From Myxococcota bacterium (GTDB taxonomy: Bacteria; Myxococcota_A; SURF-8), in contig OZ223209.1 of the NCBI GenBank assembly GCA_965140415.1, positions 2,799,380 to 2,863,379 on the forward strand: a stretch of DNA of 64,000 nt. Direction: 5' to 3'. Below the pieces are notes generated by a model, which had not been told where the DNA came from, made no database searches, and saw only the letters and a program-made list of their open reading frames with translations. Below are positions 19,938 to 30,514 of the stretch, one piece after another. Positions within the stretch are counted from its first letter, which is position 1. Every line of letters begins with the position of its first letter. The position numbers and the translations under genes are program-made.

Positions 19938-20971
19938 GGGTAGGCTCCTGTATGATGCAGCCCGGCGGTTTCGGAAAGACCGAGCATCAGGTTCATGTTC
20001 TGAATCGCCTGTCCGGCAGCGCCTTTGACGAGATTATCCAGAACAAGCGCGATTTCCACTTCATCGTTTTTCTGTGCCACGTGAATATGAACGTGGTTTG
20101 TGCCTGCAATCTCGGCCAGTTTTGGCGGCTGATCCAGGACATGAACGAAAGGCGCATTCTCGTTATAAAAGCGATTATATAAATCAGGAAGATCTACAGA
20201 AGTGATCTGTTCATTCTGAAGATATGCCGTTGCGGCGATGCCGCGCACGAAAGGTCCGGAATGTGACAGCAAACGACTTTGAACGGTATGCCCTGCAATC
20301 CGGGAAAGCGTTTCGTTGATTTCCGGTTCGTGCTGGTGCGACAGCGTTTTGTAGGCATAGAAATTACCATCACGGAAGGGGTGGTGTGTTCCGATCTTTG
20401 GATGAATGCCGGAGCCGGATGAACCCGTTACTGCAAAGACGCCAACAGGAAACGAGAGCAGTCCTGCATTTGCCAAAGGCAATAACAGCAATTCTGCGGC
20501 GGTTGCAAAACAGCCGGGATTGGCGATGCGGGTTGTGGTTTCAATTTGCGGTTTAAAGGCTTCCGGCAGTCCATAAACGAAGGATTCCGTTAGTTCGAAG
20601 CAGTGATGTTCGCCGTAATTGTCTGCATATTCCTTTTGTGAGGAAAGCCTGAAATCGGCAGCCAGATCAATGATTTTTAAAGAGTCGTATGAAGTTAACT
20701 CCTTCATCAGTTTGTTGCTTTGACCATGCGGCATTGCCAGGAAAAGGACTTTGCATTGCTCTGCCAGTTGTGCCGGGTCAAGGTCGCGGAAGCAATCTTT
20801 TGTGAGATGACGCAAACTCGGATGCACGCTGCATAAAGATGCGTTCGCGTGACTTCGGGAAATTGCCAGAACGTTTTCAACCTGTGGATGCTGATATAAA
20901 AGCCGAAGCAATTCTCCGCCTGCCAGTCCCCCTGCACCGATCACGCCTGCTGTAATCGTTGTTTCAGTCAC
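19931..20971 (-). CDS. argC: N-acetyl-gamma-glutamyl-phosphate reductase
   Basis: IIDLAADFRL, YGLPE, IANPGCFAT (catalytic Cys), HQHEPEI, DNLVKGAAGQAIQNMN; GTG start overlaps the upstream stop. Confidence 0.96.
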   Translation of the reverse strand: MTETTITAGVIGAGGLAGGELLRLLYQHPQVENVLAISRSHANASLCSVHPSLRHLTKDCFRDLDPAQLAEQCKVLFLAMPHGQSNKLMKELTSYDSLKIIDLAADFRLSSQKEYADNYGEHHCFELTESFVYGLPEAFKPQIETTTRIANPGCFATAAELLLLPLANAGLLSFPVGVFAVTGSSGSGIHPKIGTHHPFRDGNFYAYKTLSHQHEPEINETLSRIAGHTVQSRLLSHSGPFVRGIAATAYLQNEQITSVDLPDLYNRFYNENAPFVHVLDQPPKLAEIAGTNHVHIHVAQKNDEVEIALVLDNLVKGAAGQAIQNMNLMLGLSETAGLHHTGAYPC

Positions 20972-22032
20972 AGCAGGGCCGCCTTTCTGGAATAGGCGTC
21001 CAGCACGATCTTGGATAATCCTTCGATATCCGAACGCGCGTTGTGCGCGGGGATACCCAACGAAGACGTGATGAAGTCACGACCTACCGCGTTGTCCGTC
21101 ACGGGGCCGGTGAAGACATCGACAGCCAGACCGAAGCTATTGTTGAATAGTTGTACTGCGCCAAAAGCTGCGACAGGGTCGGGAGCGCAAAGAACAAAAC
21201 AGGCAGCGACGCTCATCAGTTGCTCATCGGACAAGATCTCCCGAACGCCGTATTGACCCAGGATGCCGTCGCCCAATTCGGCAACGATCAGATCCGGTGT
21301 TTCGCGAGCAAGTCTATTGATCAGACCGCGCGCAATCGGAAGAATCATGTTGCCATTGGTGGAAACGACACCGGCATCGGTGAAGTCCATCACGGGGTCG
21401 GCTCCGGCATCGCCCATTGAAAGGATGTCGCGCATGAGGCTGACGCCGGTCAGTTTGACGGCGGCAACGCGCAAGCCTCGATGTGACAGGCGGCGCACGA
21501 TTTCAGTTGCAGCCAGGGTCTTTCCGCTGTTCATGCTCGTTCCCGCCACGTAAATGATTGGCGGTGTGTTATCCAGCGTTTCGGCTGGTTGGATGTCGTT
21601 GGCGCTGATTGTGGCTGGCACACCCACACGATCTCCGATTTTTGGGAAGGCGAGCACGCTGCCAAGCACCTCGACATTAAAAGGATTTCCCAAGTCGGGA
21701 TTGATAGCGGTGCATTTACCGATGACGCCACCAAGGTTCAGAATTTGCAGCGTATCCCCAACGTTGACGGAAGAGGGGACCTGTCCTGCATAGCCTTGCA
21801 GCGCTTGTCTGGCTCCCAATACACCGGCGACGATGTCTCCCTTGCGTATCTTGATCATACGTCCGGCATAGTTTTCGATGGTGTCGTATTGAAATTTCTG
21901 TGTGATTACGCGCACCGCGACGATTGCGCCTTCGATGGCGGGGATTTCGTCTCCGATTACGGCGTTGTAATCCAGTTTCGCATTCCGTGTTGAAGAAGCG
22001 ATTCGGTCAAGTTGTATTCGTCTCACATCCAT
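20968..22032 (-). CDS. DUF1611/DgcN-like P-loop protein, first gene of the arg operon
   Basis: VAGTSMNSGKT deviant Walker A, KLTG, DAGA..DFTDAG, IVAELGDG; stop overlaps the argC start (GTGA); family assigned from remembered motifs. Confidence 0.7.
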   Translation of the reverse strand: MDVRRIQLDRIASSTRNAKLDYNAVIGDEIPAIEGAIVAVRVITQKFQYDTIENYAGRMIKIRKGDIVAGVLGARQALQGYAGQVPSSVNVGDTLQILNLGGVIGKCTAINPDLGNPFNVEVLGSVLAFPKIGDRVGVPATISANDIQPAETLDNTPPIIYVAGTSMNSGKTLAATEIVRRLSHRGLRVAAVKLTGVSLMRDILSMGDAGADPVMDFTDAGVVSTNGNMILPIARGLINRLARETPDLIVAELGDGILGQYGVREILSDEQLMSVAACFVLCAPDPVAAFGAVQLFNNSFGLAVDVFTGPVTDNAVGRDFITSSLGIPAHNARSDIEGLSKIVLDAYSRKAALL

Positions 22033-22040
22033 GGTTCACC

Positions 22041-22085
22041 TGCATAACAATGCAATAAACAACGTAGAAGGTGCATGAATATGCA
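22041..22085. promoter_or_regulatory. two ARG boxes (ArgR operators)
   Basis: TGCATAACAATGCA (22041-22054) and TGCATGAATATGCA (22072-22085) match TGCAT-N4-ATGCA; TTGACT -35-like hexamer at 22099-22104 on the minus strand. Confidence 0.8.
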
Positions 22086-22347
22086 GATTGCGCATAAAAG
22101 TCAAGGAATATTTCGTTCTATTTCAGACTTTTTCGTGAGTTTTCGTAACTCTTGATTGCATGAAACGGTTTTTATAGGGTGGAAATTGCAAAAGCTTCTT
22201 GTTGGAATGATTCTTCTTGTCTATAATCCGGCAGGTTTACAGGCAGTACCCTGTCATACGTTCAAAAGACTGCTCACACGCAAACTGCAAGCCGTTTGGA
22301 AATTCCACCTGCGTTGGTAGTTCGTACAACCTCAGGAAAGGTAAAGG

Positions 22348-23484
22348 ATGTCCAACACGCCACTTTGGGCCATGTCGCTGCAAATCCTACTGTTATTGTT
22401 GTTGCCTGCGCTTGTTTTAAAGGCTGCAAAGCATCTGAAAATCGTACAACTTCTTTCTCCTGTGCTTGTGTGTTACCTAAGTGGAATTGCGCTGGCCAAC
22501 CAGGAGACGATCCCTCTTTCATTTGATATTGCCATGATCGTAAGAAATGCGACGGTGGCACTGGCTATCCCGTTACTGCTCTATTCGGTGGATATAATCG
22601 GCTGGTTGCGCTTGTCGAGGGCAACGGTGATCTCTTTTGCATTGTGTGTCTTCTCGGTGATGCTGACCAGTGCCATCAGTCATTTCATGTACCACGATAC
22701 CTTCGATAACAGTGCGAAAATCGCCGGAATGATGGTCGGTGTGTACACGGGCGGGACGCCGAACATGAACGCCATCGGCACTGCGCTGGGAATCGAGCCG
22801 GAAATGTTCATCGTGCTGGAAAGCGTGGACATGATTATGGGAGCGATGTACCTGATGTTCCTGCTATCTTTCGGCCCACGTCTTTTTGCGTATATATTGC
22901 CTCCATTCAAAAACGCACAAGGTGTTGAAAATGAACTGAACGATCAACTTCCGGTAAGTGAAGTCCTTTTCAAGCATGTCATGATTTCATTAGGATTGAC
23001 GATCGTCGTCGTTGCATTGGGTGGCGGGCTTGGAATGCTGCTGCCGAAAACCTTTCAAGAGGCGGGTGCCATTCTCCTGATCACGACCTTCGCGATTATT
23101 TGTTCGCTTAATCCGAAAGTTCGCAACCTGAAAGGTTCACATGAATCGGGCATGTACGTCCTACTGATTTTCTGTGTTGCGGTAGGAAGTTGTGCTAAAT
23201 TCGAAACTCTGGTCAACACCTCTCCGGCTATTTTCGGTTTCATCGGTTTCGCCATGTTCGGTGCCGTGGTTCTGCATCTGCTGCTTTCCAAATTGTTCAA
23301 AATCGATAGAGACACCGTGATTATCACCTCGGCTGCTGGTATTTTCGGTCCGGCGTTTATCGGTCCGATTGCACAAGCGCTTAATAACAGGGAAATCTTT
23401 TTCAGTGGTATCGCAACCGGATTGGTTGGCTATGCGATTGGAAATTATTTGGGGCTTGCGCTTGCCTGGATGTTGGGTGGTTAG
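22348..23484 (+). CDS. DUF819-like integral membrane protein
   Basis: About 11 hydrophobic segments; AIPLLL, GVYTGGTPNM, GLVGYAIGNYLG. Confidence 0.8.
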   Translation: MSNTPLWAMSLQILLLLLLPALVLKAAKHLKIVQLLSPVLVCYLSGIALANQETIPLSFDIAMIVRNATVALAIPLLLYSVDIIGWLRLSRATVISFALCVFSVMLTSAISHFMYHDTFDNSAKIAGMMVGVYTGGTPNMNAIGTALGIEPEMFIVLESVDMIMGAMYLMFLLSFGPRLFAYILPPFKNAQGVENELNDQLPVSEVLFKHVMISLGLTIVVVALGGGLGMLLPKTFQEAGAILLITTFAIICSLNPKVRNLKGSHESGMYVLLIFCVAVGSCAKFETLVNTSPAIFGFIGFAMFGAVVLHLLLSKLFKIDRDTVIITSAAGIFGPAFIGPIAQALNNREIFFSGIATGLVGYAIGNYLGLALAWMLGG

Positions 23485-23515
23485 GGGATTTCCCACCAAA
23501 GACGAGTAGATTCAA

Positions 23516-25468
23516 TCAGTCGTGTTCGGCATTGCGCCCGATTGTTTTCAACACGATGGAAAACACAAACAAAGCAGCAGTGTAAGCAAACAATGGTTGC
23601 AACATGCTGGCTGGAAGATATCCCAATAGGATGGCGCCGACTCCTACAACCAATGCATATGGCATCTGGGTGCGGACGTGGTCCAAGTGGTCGCAGGCGG
23701 CGGCGATGGAAGACATGATGGTGGTGTCCGATAGCGGGGAGCAGTGATCTCCGAAAATCGCTCCGTCCAGCACCGCGCCGATGCTGATGACCATCACCGG
23801 CATGCCGCCGACGTGAAAGGCCAGTGGTACGGCAGCGGGCAATAAGACCGCCATGGTTCCCCAGGAAGAACCGGTTGCAAACGAAATGAATGCTGCCAGA
23901 AGGAAGATCAGTACCGGTAAGATCCAATTCGGTAGCGTATCCGCCAATAGGCTTACCATATACTGTCCTGTGCCGAGTTGGTTGTTGGCATCGCCGATAG
24001 CCCAGGCCAGAATCAGCACCGCGAATGCCAGTAACAGCACCCGCCAGGCACTCAGCCAGGCCCGAAGAAGTGTTGTAAATGGCGTTTTACCGGATGTCCA
24101 ACCTAGTATAATCGCAAGAAAAGAACCGGCAAGAGAGGCCATCGCCAGAACCCAGCCCCCGTCTTGACTGGCAATAAGGTAATTGTCTTTGAGCGCAAAT
24201 AATCTGGCGGTGTCGAATGTGCTCCAGGCAGCAGAATGAAGTCCATCCGGGCTGATAAGACCGGCTCCATTGAAGGCCATGCCTGATAACGTGATGAAAA
24301 TAACAAGCAAAACCGGCAAGATCGCGGTATGGGCGCGAGGTCGCCCTATGGCTTCAGGCGCTTGCGCTCCGGCTAACGGTGTGGAACCTTCTCGAAGTAC
24401 TTCATTGTGTTTCCTCGCGCGGCGTTCGGCTTGCAGCATGGGACCGAAATCGCGACCCATACCGACCGATAAAAACAAAAAGATGAGTGCAAACAAGCAG
24501 TAAAAGCGATAGGGAAGGGTGGACAGGAACATGGCATAGGGTGAGCCATCCATGCCCAAGGTCTGCATGGCATCGCCGATCAAGCCGACTTCGTATCCGA
24601 TCCAGGTGGAAATCAGCGCCAGCCCGGCGATGGGTGCGGCGGTGCTATCCACAAGATAGGCCAGTTTTTCCCTTGAGATCTGCGCCCGGTCGCTTAATGG
24701 GCGCATGGAACTGCCGACGACCACGGTGTTGGAGTAATCATCAAAGAAAATCAGAACACCAAGCAGGGCAGTGGCCAGTTGGGTCGAGCGAGCATTTTTA
24801 GCGAATTTTCCCAATAGATCGGCCAGGCCGCGCATACCACCGGAAACCGTGCAGACATTGACCATGCCGATCAAGGCGAATGTAAACAGGAAAATGTAAA
24901 AGTGGAAGTCATCTACCATCACATGATACAGAATCATCGCGCTTTGCGTGACAGCAGCCAGTGTTGGACCGGCAGCGCTGCCATCCCAGCCCAGCAGTAA
25001 ACCTCCTATTACCACACCGAGAAACAAGCCTAAAAGCAACCTTCGTGTTGCAATGGCAATGGCAACCGCCAATAATGCAGGTAGCAGAGAATACCAGCCG
25101 ATATGCAGGGCTTGCGCTGTTGCACTTGGAAGACCGTCGCCCTGGAGAGTTATCGATTGAATAAATCCTTTCTGACTGATTGACATGCTACAGGAGTCGA
25201 TTTGCTTCTTTCCGTTGCCGATTACCAAGGGACTTGGCAATCTTTGAGCGACAGAAAGCAGGGCCTCTCCCTGTACAACGAGATTACAGGTGAAGCTTGT
25301 GTCGTTTGAAATGGCTTCAAGTTGTTTTACGAGGTTTTGCTGTAGCCTGTTCGCTTCGAATTCGCTGATTCGATTCGAATTTACCGGAAGGCTGGAAAGC
25401 AGCAGCGCCAGAATGGAAATCAACAGAAACGCCAGTATCAATCGAATTCGGATCTTCATCGGTTTCAA
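23516..25468 (-). CDS. NhaC-family Na+/H+ antiporter or ion-coupled transporter with N-terminal extension
   Basis: IFFDDYSN, SREKLAYLVDSTAAP, SFATGSSWGT, GAIFGDHCSPLSDTTIMSS, HVRTQMPY. Confidence 0.9.
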   Translation of the reverse strand: MKPMKIRIRLILAFLLISILALLLSSLPVNSNRISEFEANRLQQNLVKQLEAISNDTSFTCNLVVQGEALLSVAQRLPSPLVIGNGKKQIDSCSMSISQKGFIQSITLQGDGLPSATAQALHIGWYSLLPALLAVAIAIATRRLLLGLFLGVVIGGLLLGWDGSAAGPTLAAVTQSAMILYHVMVDDFHFYIFLFTFALIGMVNVCTVSGGMRGLADLLGKFAKNARSTQLATALLGVLIFFDDYSNTVVVGSSMRPLSDRAQISREKLAYLVDSTAAPIAGLALISTWIGYEVGLIGDAMQTLGMDGSPYAMFLSTLPYRFYCLFALIFLFLSVGMGRDFGPMLQAERRARKHNEVLREGSTPLAGAQAPEAIGRPRAHTAILPVLLVIFITLSGMAFNGAGLISPDGLHSAAWSTFDTARLFALKDNYLIASQDGGWVLAMASLAGSFLAIILGWTSGKTPFTTLLRAWLSAWRVLLLAFAVLILAWAIGDANNQLGTGQYMVSLLADTLPNWILPVLIFLLAAFISFATGSSWGTMAVLLPAAVPLAFHVGGMPVMVISIGAVLDGAIFGDHCSPLSDTTIMSSIAAACDHLDHVRTQMPYALVVGVGAILLGYLPASMLQPLFAYTAALFVFSIVLKTIGRNAEHD

Positions 25469-25535
25469 TCTATGAAGGGTTGTCGATGATTGGAGTGTAC
25501 ACCCCTATCCGTGCAGGATCAACACTTCGATCGTT

Positions 25536-27215
25536 TTAACGATTCTGTAAACTCTGCTGGGCCGCGGTTTTACGCAAAGGAAGAAAGTCGGACAGTGCCT
25601 GCATCGCTTGCTGATGTTCCGCCAATGTCGAGGGGGCCATCGGATCGGATTGTACGGAGTCTTGTATCGCAGCATGAAGCTCATCGATACGCTGTTGAAG
25701 GTCAAGAGGCTCTATGGCGTCTATAAAGGCTTGCAACTGCACATCGTAGCGAGCGCGACATTCGGTATTGGCTGCACATTTCGAAACGATCACACTGCTT
25801 CCGCTTGGAAAGTCCGGCGATTGGGTAAAGGCACGGTCGGTTCCCCAGGGGAGCATCGAAAAACGGCTGCTGGCATCGCTGTGCAGGTAGTAGTTGTTGT
25901 GTGCCTGGGCATAGCCGTCGAAATGCCCGATATAATTTTCGACCACCCACATGCGGATGATTTCGTCCAGATCGGCAAGGCCGGAGACCGAACCATACCA
26001 GGTGTCATCCGAACTATTATGAATGGCTTGCACCAACTGTTTCAGATCGCCAATATCATCCTTGTCGCCTTCATCGATTTCGAAATCTTCTTCCTGACCG
26101 ACATACAAATCGATACTGCCTTCGTACAAATGCTGCGAACTTGAAAAGGCATCGGACAAGAAGAGATCGTCGTAGCGTTCTACAACCGAGTACAGGCCGT
26201 AGTCTTCTCCATTGACACGCACCCAGGCGTAACCAGTGCGAGGGGCAGGCACATTGAACAGGCGGAAGAGTTCGTATGCCAGGGTTTCATGGAGCATCGT
26301 GGGGTCGTCTACCATACTGTTCAAGGTCAAGTTCCTTAACCCGAGCAGGCGATTGCTTTCGATGATCTCATCTATTCCCAACTTGAAGGAGGCTTTTTGT
26401 CCCAATGGGCGATAGGACAGGCCACCTTTCAGGCGGATACCGATCGTGGTTTCATCTACATTCTGTTCCAGGTCACTAACGGAAATGGAGCCTTCTACGT
26501 AGTCATTCGGGTTTTGTGAAAGCGCCTGAATGGAGGCTTCACTAAGTGTCAACTCGATTGTGAAGACGTTCAACGGATCGAAAAGGAGACCGGAGTCTTC
26601 GGTGGTGGGAACATTCGTTTTGCCTTGCGTCGGCAGCGTTTGCCGCCAGGGGCCTTCCATATCGGGGAGTCTCCCCCAGGTGATGTCGTCTGGTAGATCC
26701 GGCAGGCTGGTTTGATCCTGTTCGTCCCGGTCGGGGGTTAACAGGTAGAGTTCATCGGAACCGCATTTGATACCAAAGGTGAAACCGGCTTCGCCGCCGT
26801 CTTCCGCCTTGATAACGAAGTGATCGCGAGGAGAAATGCGGGTTCCCTGTGGAAATGCGTAATCGTGGCTTTTATCGGACGGTTTGTCGGTAAGAATCCA
26901 GCCGGACAAATCCAGGCTTTTCGTTTTGGAAGGATTCGCGATTTCCACCCAGTCACGCCCCTGGCAGTCGATTTCGTTTAGAACAGGATTTGCCGTATCG
27001 CCATCAACAGGGGAATCCTGATCATTTTCAGACGCTTCCATGTCGCCATCGATTGTATCCCCATCGGTACAATTGGGGCAGTCGCCATCTTGATCGGTCG
27101 GTGCATTGTCCGTACTGCCACAGGCGAACATCGTTAGCGAAATCAGGCAACATGCCAATAACAGCCATGAAGCCGAATGGGGGAAAAAACTCACGCGATA
27201 AACAGGAGAATACAT
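25536..27215 (-). CDS. CotH-family kinase lipoprotein with lamin-tail domain
   Basis: Lipobox MFAC; DGD linker; LNEI..DWVEIAN lamin-tail motif; GIRLKG, KASFK, DPTMLHE, VPAPR, NNYYL, PWGTD CotH motifs. Confidence 0.85.
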   Translation of the reverse strand: MYSPVYRVSFFPHSASWLLLACCLISLTMFACGSTDNAPTDQDGDCPNCTDGDTIDGDMEASENDQDSPVDGDTANPVLNEIDCQGRDWVEIANPSKTKSLDLSGWILTDKPSDKSHDYAFPQGTRISPRDHFVIKAEDGGEAGFTFGIKCGSDELYLLTPDRDEQDQTSLPDLPDDITWGRLPDMEGPWRQTLPTQGKTNVPTTEDSGLLFDPLNVFTIELTLSEASIQALSQNPNDYVEGSISVSDLEQNVDETTIGIRLKGGLSYRPLGQKASFKLGIDEIIESNRLLGLRNLTLNSMVDDPTMLHETLAYELFRLFNVPAPRTGYAWVRVNGEDYGLYSVVERYDDLFLSDAFSSSQHLYEGSIDLYVGQEEDFEIDEGDKDDIGDLKQLVQAIHNSSDDTWYGSVSGLADLDEIIRMWVVENYIGHFDGYAQAHNNYYLHSDASSRFSMLPWGTDRAFTQSPDFPSGSSVIVSKCAANTECRARYDVQLQAFIDAIEPLDLQQRIDELHAAIQDSVQSDPMAPSTLAEHQQAMQALSDFLPLRKTAAQQSLQNR

Positions 27216-27458
27216 GTTGTTATTATCTCTTTTAATTCTGGGCGATTAGTTTCATTAGATCGCCGATCTTGCCTTGAAAACGGATTCAATCTCTTTAGGA
27301 ATCCTATCATAATGAGGAAACGTCTGTAAACAAACTGTCTGTATCGAAGTGTCAAGAGCGAGATCAAGGAATTGGCAGGAAGGCATCGGCTCATTTTCAT
27401 TGAGGAAAATATGGGTCTGCGATAGGATGCAACAGGTTTCACCAAAGGGAGAGCAAAA

Positions 27459-30035
27459 ATGAGCAACGAACAAAAGCTGTGGCTACTCATCTTGATGTTG
27501 GCGGCGATGTGTATTTCTGGAGTCTCCTGCTCGGATTCTTCCAATGAAACGATTGTGGATGGCGACAGCGATCTATCGGAAACCGAAGAAGAACGGGAAG
27601 CGGAAGAGGATACCGTAGACGGCTTATTTGATAGCGCCTGGTGGCAGACTCCGGATGAATCTTCGATTCTGGGGCTGCTCGACCGCAGCACATTCTTCAA
27701 GGAAAACGCATGGTTGATTGAAGAGATGTCAAGCTGGTTCGAGGAGAACCACTATTCTGAAAAAGCGGAGATTCCCGGCGATGCCAGCCAGTTGGGATAT
27801 TACCCCGTTGCAAATGGGAAATGCTTTGCGTTTGTGGGTACCTATTTCCCTCGTAATACACTGCACGAACTCTTGGGACCGGATTATCAGAAAGGCGGGC
27901 AGGGCTATTTCAGCGATTTCAGCGCAATGCTGGATAAAGACGGTACCTTGCTTTCATGGAAGAGCGACCGCATCTGGAAACCGCGGCAGGCCCAGGTTGT
28001 GGTGACGAATATGGCTGTCGATGGAGCGGATCTGGAACTGGATACGGTTGCCTTTATTCCGTCCGAAGATAGTGGTATGGCAACATCTGTGCTGCTACAG
28101 GTGCATACGATCCGCAATAATGGCGAGGGCGCCATTTCTGGACTGCAACTCCGCCTGCAAAGTTACGGCTACGGTGAAGATGCAGCAAATGATTCGAAAT
28201 GGCTCGAACAGGTGCGGGACGATCATCGCTTGCGTGTACGGGCATTAGATGTCGATTTCAGCCAAGTGGAAGTGGAAAACGAAAAATATCCGGCTCTGGT
28301 TTCGCCGGAAATGACCGTAGAAGCCGGAGAGGAAAAGCAGTTCGTCATCGTCTATGAATTCGTGAAAGACGGTGAGGAGGTCGGCTCGGGATATGAAGCC
28401 GTGCAACAAGTGGGCTGGAAAACCCTTCTTGATCGAACAGCAGCCTGGTGGCGGAAATTTCATCAGGAAGGTTTGATGATACATACTCCCGACCGCCGGG
28501 TAGACGATCTTTTGGAAACCAACAAGGCGGTGGTACGCAGCCAGATTACCGAATACGGAGGCATCGTGCCGATGTCGCACTACACCAATACCTGGATTCG
28601 GGACTCCTTCGGTCCTACGCGCTTTCTGCTGAAGTTTGGATATACGGAACTGGCCTGGGGCTTAAGTGATTACTATTACAAAGCGGCGGCGCTTCGTGGT
28701 GGAATCGGGAACGCAGTTGAAGCGGATATGGATGTAACCGGTGAGATTCCCGAACTGGATTGGATGAGCGAAATTCCTTTTTCCGGTAGACTGCGTGGAG
28801 AAGGTCCCAGCTACCTGCCTTTGATGCATACCTGGTGTTGGCGATATACCGGGGAAGCGAAGCGTTTGCAAAAGCGCTGGGAATACCTCATGCATACCCT
28901 GAAGGGACAGGAGGTTACGGACAAAGGGTTGATGTACTTCAGTGGAGATGAAACCTTCCGACCCGTTATGGCGTACAACATGGGGTTGGATCTGGAATAT
29001 AAATTCGAGGAACTGACGTACTCGGCCAATAGCGGCTTTCTTTTCGTGCGTGCGGCTGAAATGCTGGGCGAATTCGGTGAGAAAGTCGGCTTGCAGCAAC
29101 CGGAGGATCTCGCATGGTTAGCGCAACAGGCTGAGGTCGTACGAAACTCTACGGAGCAGCAATATTGGATGGAAGCAACCGGGCGGTACAGTCCCTTCAT
29201 TTACATGGACACGATGGCCCAGGAAATCAAACCCGGTGAAGATGTGAACACCAAGCCGCTGTGGTTGAACTATCTTGGCAGAGACGATGAACGGGCGCGA
29301 GAGAATATCGATTCCGTGATGGATGAAAGCTTGCGCGATAACGGACTGATCCAGAATCAGTTCAACCTGGACGATACCTTATTGGGTGTGCCGATCGGAC
29401 CGGGCTTGATGACGGGAATGAGCATTGCCTATTTCATGTATAACGGTGCGGAACTGAACCTGGATGTAGCAGATAAAACATTCGATTCCATCGGTGCGTA
29501 TGCCATTGCCAGTGGTACGTATTCGGAAGTGATGCTGTTTGCCCTGCCGCGACAGGCGGTCAGCCCGTTTTATGATCGTGTCAGTACTTCCGGTGAAACC
29601 TGGGCGCGCTGTCGTCCCTGGGAGGGGGCCATCAGTGCAGAAGCGATCGAGCATTATTTGATCGGATTTGAAGCGGATGTCCCCGGCGGCTGGATGATGC
29701 TGGCTCCAAGATTGGTTCACGATTCGAACTGGATCGAGGCCGAAAATTTGGCTTTCGGTCCACTGCGATTGAGTATGCGCTTTGAGCGTGAAGAAGATTC
29801 CTACAGCTTTACCATTACATCTCCGACAGAGCCGGATACTGCCGGGCTTGAACAGATTTATCTGCGCTTGCATGTGGCAAAGGGAAAAGAGTTTAACGTA
29901 TTCGTAGACGGAGAGAAACTTCCCCAAACCGACTTGGAGATTATCTCGGATTATGATAGTGTCGCCGAACTTCGCCTGACCCTTGCCGCAAAGCAGGGCG
30001 AGCAGGTTGTGACGATAGAGCCCATCGTGCAGTAA
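27459..30035 (+). CDS. lipoprotein with putative six-hairpin (GH15-like) glycoside hydrolase domain
   Basis: Lipobox-like GVSC then an acidic DGD linker; YTNTWIRD resembles GH15 Y..W.RD; helical core with a beta-rich C-terminus. Confidence 0.5.
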   Translation: MSNEQKLWLLILMLAAMCISGVSCSDSSNETIVDGDSDLSETEEEREAEEDTVDGLFDSAWWQTPDESSILGLLDRSTFFKENAWLIEEMSSWFEENHYSEKAEIPGDASQLGYYPVANGKCFAFVGTYFPRNTLHELLGPDYQKGGQGYFSDFSAMLDKDGTLLSWKSDRIWKPRQAQVVVTNMAVDGADLELDTVAFIPSEDSGMATSVLLQVHTIRNNGEGAISGLQLRLQSYGYGEDAANDSKWLEQVRDDHRLRVRALDVDFSQVEVENEKYPALVSPEMTVEAGEEKQFVIVYEFVKDGEEVGSGYEAVQQVGWKTLLDRTAAWWRKFHQEGLMIHTPDRRVDDLLETNKAVVRSQITEYGGIVPMSHYTNTWIRDSFGPTRFLLKFGYTELAWGLSDYYYKAAALRGGIGNAVEADMDVTGEIPELDWMSEIPFSGRLRGEGPSYLPLMHTWCWRYTGEAKRLQKRWEYLMHTLKGQEVTDKGLMYFSGDETFRPVMAYNMGLDLEYKFEELTYSANSGFLFVRAAEMLGEFGEKVGLQQPEDLAWLAQQAEVVRNSTEQQYWMEATGRYSPFIYMDTMAQEIKPGEDVNTKPLWLNYLGRDDERARENIDSVMDESLRDNGLIQNQFNLDDTLLGVPIGPGLMTGMSIAYFMYNGAELNLDVADKTFDSIGAYAIASGTYSEVMLFALPRQAVSPFYDRVSTSGETWARCRPWEGAISAEAIEHYLIGFEADVPGGWMMLAPRLVHDSNWIEAENLAFGPLRLSMRFEREEDSYSFTITSPTEPDTAGLEQIYLRLHVAKGKEFNVFVDGEKLPQTDLEIISDYDSVAELRLTLAAKQGEQVVTIEPIVQ

Positions 30036-30103
30036 AGGGTTTTATTAAACTCTATGAAATAGCGGTTCGTACTAAGGTGAACCGAGAACGAGTTGAGGAA
30101 ATT

Positions 30104-30460
30104 ATGCCGAGTCAGCCATCGAAGAAACTTGAAACATTCCCGAATCCCAAGCCGGAGCGGGACTACGAAATCCATATCACTTCGCCGGAATTTACCTGTT
30201 TGTGCCCGATGACCGGTCAGCCCGATTTCGCCACCATCGATGTGAAGTACGTGCCGGATCAGCTTTGTGTCGAGTTGAAATCCTTCAAACTGTACATCTG
30301 GTCGTTCCGGGATGAGGGGCATTTTCACGAGGCGGTCACCAATCGCATAGCCGATGATCTGATCGCCGCTATCGATCCTCGCAAGATCACCGTAACCGGT
30401 TGTTTCAACGTGCGTGGCGGCGTGACGACAACCGTTACCGTCAGCCATCAAAAGGCATAA
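30104..30460 (+). CDS. queF: NADPH-dependent preQ0 reductase (unimodular)
   Basis: [38 protein letters not shown]; GAGGA RBS before ATG 30104. Confidence 0.96.
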   Translation: MPSQPSKKLETFPNPKPERDYEIHITSPEFTCLCPMTGQPDFATIDVKYVPDQLCVELKSFKLYIWSFRDEGHFHEAVTNRIADDLIAAIDPRKITVTGCFNVRGGVTTTVTVSHQKA

Positions 30461-30490
30461 AAAATAGGCCCCAAAAGTGGGGCCTGAAAA
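30461..30490. terminator. terminator between convergent queF and thrS
   Basis: AGGCCCCA-aaag-TGGGGCCT hairpin; the upstream A-run gives a T-run for the minus-strand thrS transcript. Confidence 0.7.
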
Positions 30491-30514
30491 TCAAGCATTC
30501 AAAACAGGAAACGC

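Noticed and set aside
16774-20971. LysW-carrier (LysY/LysZ/LysJ/LysK) pathway
   Set aside because: No small EDWGE-terminated LysW and no ATP-grasp LysX/ArgX in the operon; the kinase has classical NAGK signatures
30055-30103. preQ1-I riboswitch upstream of queF
   Set aside because: AGCGGTTCG resembles the 5' part, but the matching P1 3' strand and the A-rich tail are missing; only a simple CGGTTC/GAACCG hairpin is present
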